DNA of 63,983 nucleotides, filler included, from Perkinsus olseni (Eukaryota): NCBI GenBank assembly GCA_013115125.1. It is 3 parts of 3 records of this genome, joined end to end, with 100 filler letters (N's around TTAATTAATTAA, not from the genome) between each part and the next. Parts side by side here need not be neighbours in the genome. Positions count along the whole stretch, not along the records: positions 45,025 to 63,983 come from JABANN010000606.1; 2 more parts are not named here. One strand, 5' to 3'. Shown piece by piece: positions 60,237 to 63,983 of this stretch (position 1 is its first letter; each line of letters starts with the position of its first letter). The notes under the pieces were generated by a model. It saw only the letters and a program-made list of their open reading frames with translations, ran no database searches and was not told where the DNA came from. The position numbers and the translations under genes were made by a program.

Positions 60237-61760
60237 TCATCCGCCATTAGCAAACGGTATCTCAGCCCATGTATGATATCTGATATGCTCTCTTGCGCTG
60301 CCTCTCCTCAGCTTGATGCAACTAGAGGAAGACTTCAGTCCGTGGTCATCATCGTCGTAATGCTCCAGTCTCTTCTTCAACTTGTTGAACCGCGCAATAT
60401 GTTCCTTCAGGCGATTCCGCGCATCAGGGATTGGCCGCAAAGACCACGGTGCACCCAAGAGCATCGGCAGAGTTCTCTCTGCGTCCTTGTAACTGCCAAA
60501 GTGAGCGGTAGCCATCCCATCGAAATAGCAACTAGTGTTACCCTTGGGAGAAGATACGTATCTGCCAATCCAGCCTCAGAGGCACGAAGCCCTCGAAGAC
60601 GGTCCTGGGCAAGTCTCTCAATGGCGGTCGTATGTCAGAGAACGGCCAAGGGAACGGGCAAATACGAACGACTCGGGCTGGGTTGTGATCGTCAGGCAGT
60701 GAGTAAAGTCGAGTGAAGCAACCGTCTATCGCCACCTTGCCCTGAGAGAGATCTAATCTGCTACCGCCACGAGGACGACTGCTCCTACATTGACTTTCCC
60801 AAAAGAACGGAAGAAAGGAGGGATGGTCATGGAGGCTCCCATGGTGAGCAGGGCTTCTCTTGGGTCTCTTGGTATGCAGATGTTAGCGTGTTGAGGATAG
60901 GGCGTCAATGTAGTCACTCCCACGTAGGCGCGGTGTTCTCTTGACAGGCGGGCAATCTACAGCAGACAAGAAGGTCGCAGTTGGTGGAATTGACAGCAGG
61001 AATTGCTGAGCGCTGCCATGGATCGAGCAACCCCTCCCATAGCGAGATTCAACTTTACATCTTCATCTTCCATGTGGCACATGACGCGGAGATCTCTCAA
61101 GATCTGATCCATGACTTCTTCTTGTTTTAAAAAGTATGTTCCAGTACCGTTATTCTTCATCATTCGTTCCATCATGCGGAGACCTGAGCAAAGACTGATG
61201 ACAACAACTCCCAATGCACTAATGCCAGTGGATTCCGATAGCAAGATGCAAGACACGCAGTGGCCTCCTCCTAAGGGAGGCCATCCTCTGCTCTCACCGA
61301 GAAGCATCATCTCCGATATTTCCACGTGTTGCAGTGCCAGTACTATCAACATACATGCCCCACCGGAAATGCTAGACATCCTCACATTACTGAAAAGGGC
61401 AACAGAATGAACACGCTGCGTCAGGTGACGAGGGCCTTACCTCAGATCGACATGGTCTCTCAGACACGCGATCACTCCCAAGTGATAGGCAATTCTCGAT
61501 CCACTGCCGGTTAAAGACAGCGTCACTCGAGGGTCCATCGGACCAGATCTCTTCCGGCGTAGTCGGTTGATGATGCGCCACACGGCATACGCGCAAAGCA
61601 GCAGCGTAGTGAGTCGTAATTTTCTCCATCCCTGCTTCTTGAGGGCACCTAGAAAGGCGTTAAGCATTAAAAACTTGCAGAACTGTGGATACGGCATGAC
61701 GGTAGCATTCCTTAGGGAGCAAGCCTGCAGAGCACCTGAGAGCCGCCACTGCAACCCCCC
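60237..61760 (-). CDS. Patatin-like phospholipase (PNPLA-type) paralogue A
   Basis: LSLTGSGSRIAYHLGVIACL, SSISGGA, ASMTIPPF, AIDGCF; multi-exon. Confidence 0.8.
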
Positions 61761-62099
61761 CTAAATCACATGAGACGCATCGGCTTCGCATAACGGACGT
61801 ACACTGGTTACAACTCAAACAGGGCACTCGTTCTCAGAAGAAAAGATGGACCTCACGCAATCAGAGGGCATACAAAGCTTACGTAAAGATCAGATATAAA
61901 AAGAACTTCGAGAGCGCACAGTAATCAGCAAAAACCAGCCCAAACATCACCATCGTCAGACTACGAGGCTCGATGCCTCCTGATGATGCCTGACGCCCAG
62001 TCATTGCTATGGGCGCGGGACAAATAGCGCCCGGTAGGGAATCGGTGAGGTTCTATTAAATCTGTGGCTTATGTGGCATATACCATGGCGACGGTCTCA

Positions 62100-63704
62100 T
62101 TTAAGAGCTCTCAACAACGTGCCAAATAGAAGCTATGCGTCCATCCATCCTATCAATGGGATGCTTCTTCACTGCTAAGTCGCTCTGCCACCCGCTCGGA
62201 TCAGCCAATTGCTTCTTAGTACGGGCATACCTGATGCAGCGACACAGAACTTAGTTCTGAGATCTATGTGCACCGACAGCACGGTTCACAATTCCAAGCT
62301 CACCCTTCACGGAACGACTCCAGTTGACGATCGAGGCCGAAGGGGTAGACACATTCACATAAGTCATGAGGTGTCGAGGCGAACACCGATCTATAACGCG
62401 CCCAAGGGACGAAGAAAGGGGTCAGCTTAACAACCTCCTCAAAGCGGCAGCCATCGGGTATTGCGAACCAGGATGAGAACGCAGCATCAGCCGCGAAGTG
62501 ACCCTGACAGAAGACCGAATCACAAACAACCACGGCTAGATTTTATCTCCCCGAGCTAATTCGCTATCAGTGTCCACCGCTTGGGACTGAGCTCCACTGC
62601 AATTGAGCCGTTGTCACCACCGCCAAATTGTTACATCGTGAGCTTTACCCGACTTAGGTCTATCTCAGGAGGTAAAAATGAACCCATCAAAGCACATTCT
62701 AAATCTTATCACGAAGTCGCTGTACGGCGAATACTAGAAGCGGCTTCGAGTGCTCTCATCAAAGGATGTGACAGCTTACCTCAAAGCGAGCGAAACGGTT
62801 AAAGAAAGGCGGAATGCAAATAGCAGCGGCCATGACTCGATGGAGGTCCTCGAAATTGTCTGGACAGTGGACACATCGCGTTGTAGGCCAAGGACGAAAA
62901 CTCGTTATGCCAATACGCAGCTGATCACTACTCGCTATGCTTCTCAACTGAAAGAAAAAAGGCTCCTGCCAGAGTCCCCTCTTCCCTCATCTAGGAGAGC
63001 TAGAGCACCTACTATGGCATCAGTAAGACCGCCGGTCCCGTGCAGTTCCTTTAGTAGGTCGGTACGTGAGGTCCACAGTCTGATCTACATCCATGAAGTA
63101 GCATCCTTTCGAACCCGGACTCATCACGTGATCACGAACATTAAGAAAGAACTGAGCGGAGCGAAGCGTATCACGAGCCGCATTTTCAAAATCCCCTTCC
63201 AGTCCTTACGAGCTTTTATCATTTTCCCTGCATCAAGTTGAGGGGCAACAACCAGGAAGCCGGCAAATATCGATCCCGAAACCGTCGTTACACAGACATC
63301 CCTACAAACAGCAGCGGTCCGGTCGTCAGGCTCGCTAGACATGTCACTAACCTCAAGTTCACGGTATCCTGCAACGCCGCTATGCATCCAAACTCATAGC
63401 CGAAACGCAGCCCCGTACCACCAAGCGCTAGGGTGGGTCGAGAGTTCTGCGCCCTCTCATGAAGGCCAGTAGAGGAGCCCTTCCGTGATTCGTAGAGAAC
63501 GACAAGGCCAAGACACACCGCAGACACGAGCAGGAAGGTCAAGAACATGATCTCTGGGGCGCTTTGTCGGAAGTAAAAGAAGGCTTTTTGGTAGGCCTCC
63601 TGAAGTCGTGGATAGCCGGAAGCTCCTGTGTAAAGGGGCAGCGACAAGACGTAGCTGGGAACACCGTCACTGGGAACAGATACGTCGGTGTCCATGTAGG
63701 TCAT
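62100..63704 (-). CDS. Patatin-like phospholipase paralogue B with N-terminal TM segment
   Basis: LALGGTGLRFGYEFGCIAAL, TTVSGSI, AAICIPPF, AADAAF. The 3' end is approximate. Confidence 0.75.
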
Positions 63705-63983
63705 GGTGGAGAAAGAAGAGAGAAATCTCAGGAAACAAATCTGTGCAGAGCACCGGTCAAATTTATGCCACACTCACGACCACAACCCCCAGACCAATCG
63801 ATCTTGATCTCGACGGCATTGAGGAGGTGTCGCCGCCCGTAACACGACAAAGGAACACGGGAGAATGATGGCTGTGAAGGGAGGACATCTCGAAAGAGAT
63901 CCGACTGGCCCTATTAACAACGTGTAGACAAGTATTCGGTTATGAAACTGAGTTATAGCGGAATTAGTGTCACCACTATACTG

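Overview
Gene-dense eukaryotic DNA with many short (45-70 nt) GT-AG introns; gene content and intron style suggest a Perkinsus-like alveolate (inference). The window holds three contigs joined by N-gaps carrying an artificial TTAATTAATTAA linker. Recognisable genes: dihydroxyacetone kinase, tRNA-Arg(ACG), a Pelle/IRAK/RLK-type kinase with C-terminal UBA, a TerD-like gene, an RIIa-D/D-domain + cyclic-nucleotide phosphodiesterase, three tandem secreted paralogues, a LITAF protein, a DUF676-type lipase, a PNP/uridine phosphorylase, two RING ligases, a DDE-transposase-like ORF, a decayed tRNA-Asn, an AGC kinase, an ankyrin-HDAC and two tandem patatin paralogues, plus a MITE-like element. The most striking unexplained signal is a dispersed set of at least 17 tRNA-gene 3'-end fragments (variable loop + B-box/T-arm + acceptor strand, often + oligo-T, no CCA). 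They sit mostly one per short spliceosomal intron (six in the kinase gene alone), occur in both orientations and also lie inside a coding exon. Neighbouring introns instead carry two other over-represented motifs (GTATCTTAGGTYG and CTTGCTATCTTGCGATTCCTCAAC). Together these suggest introns used as carriers of DNA-level protein-binding sites. Exon boundaries and motif counts were read by eye and are approximate.
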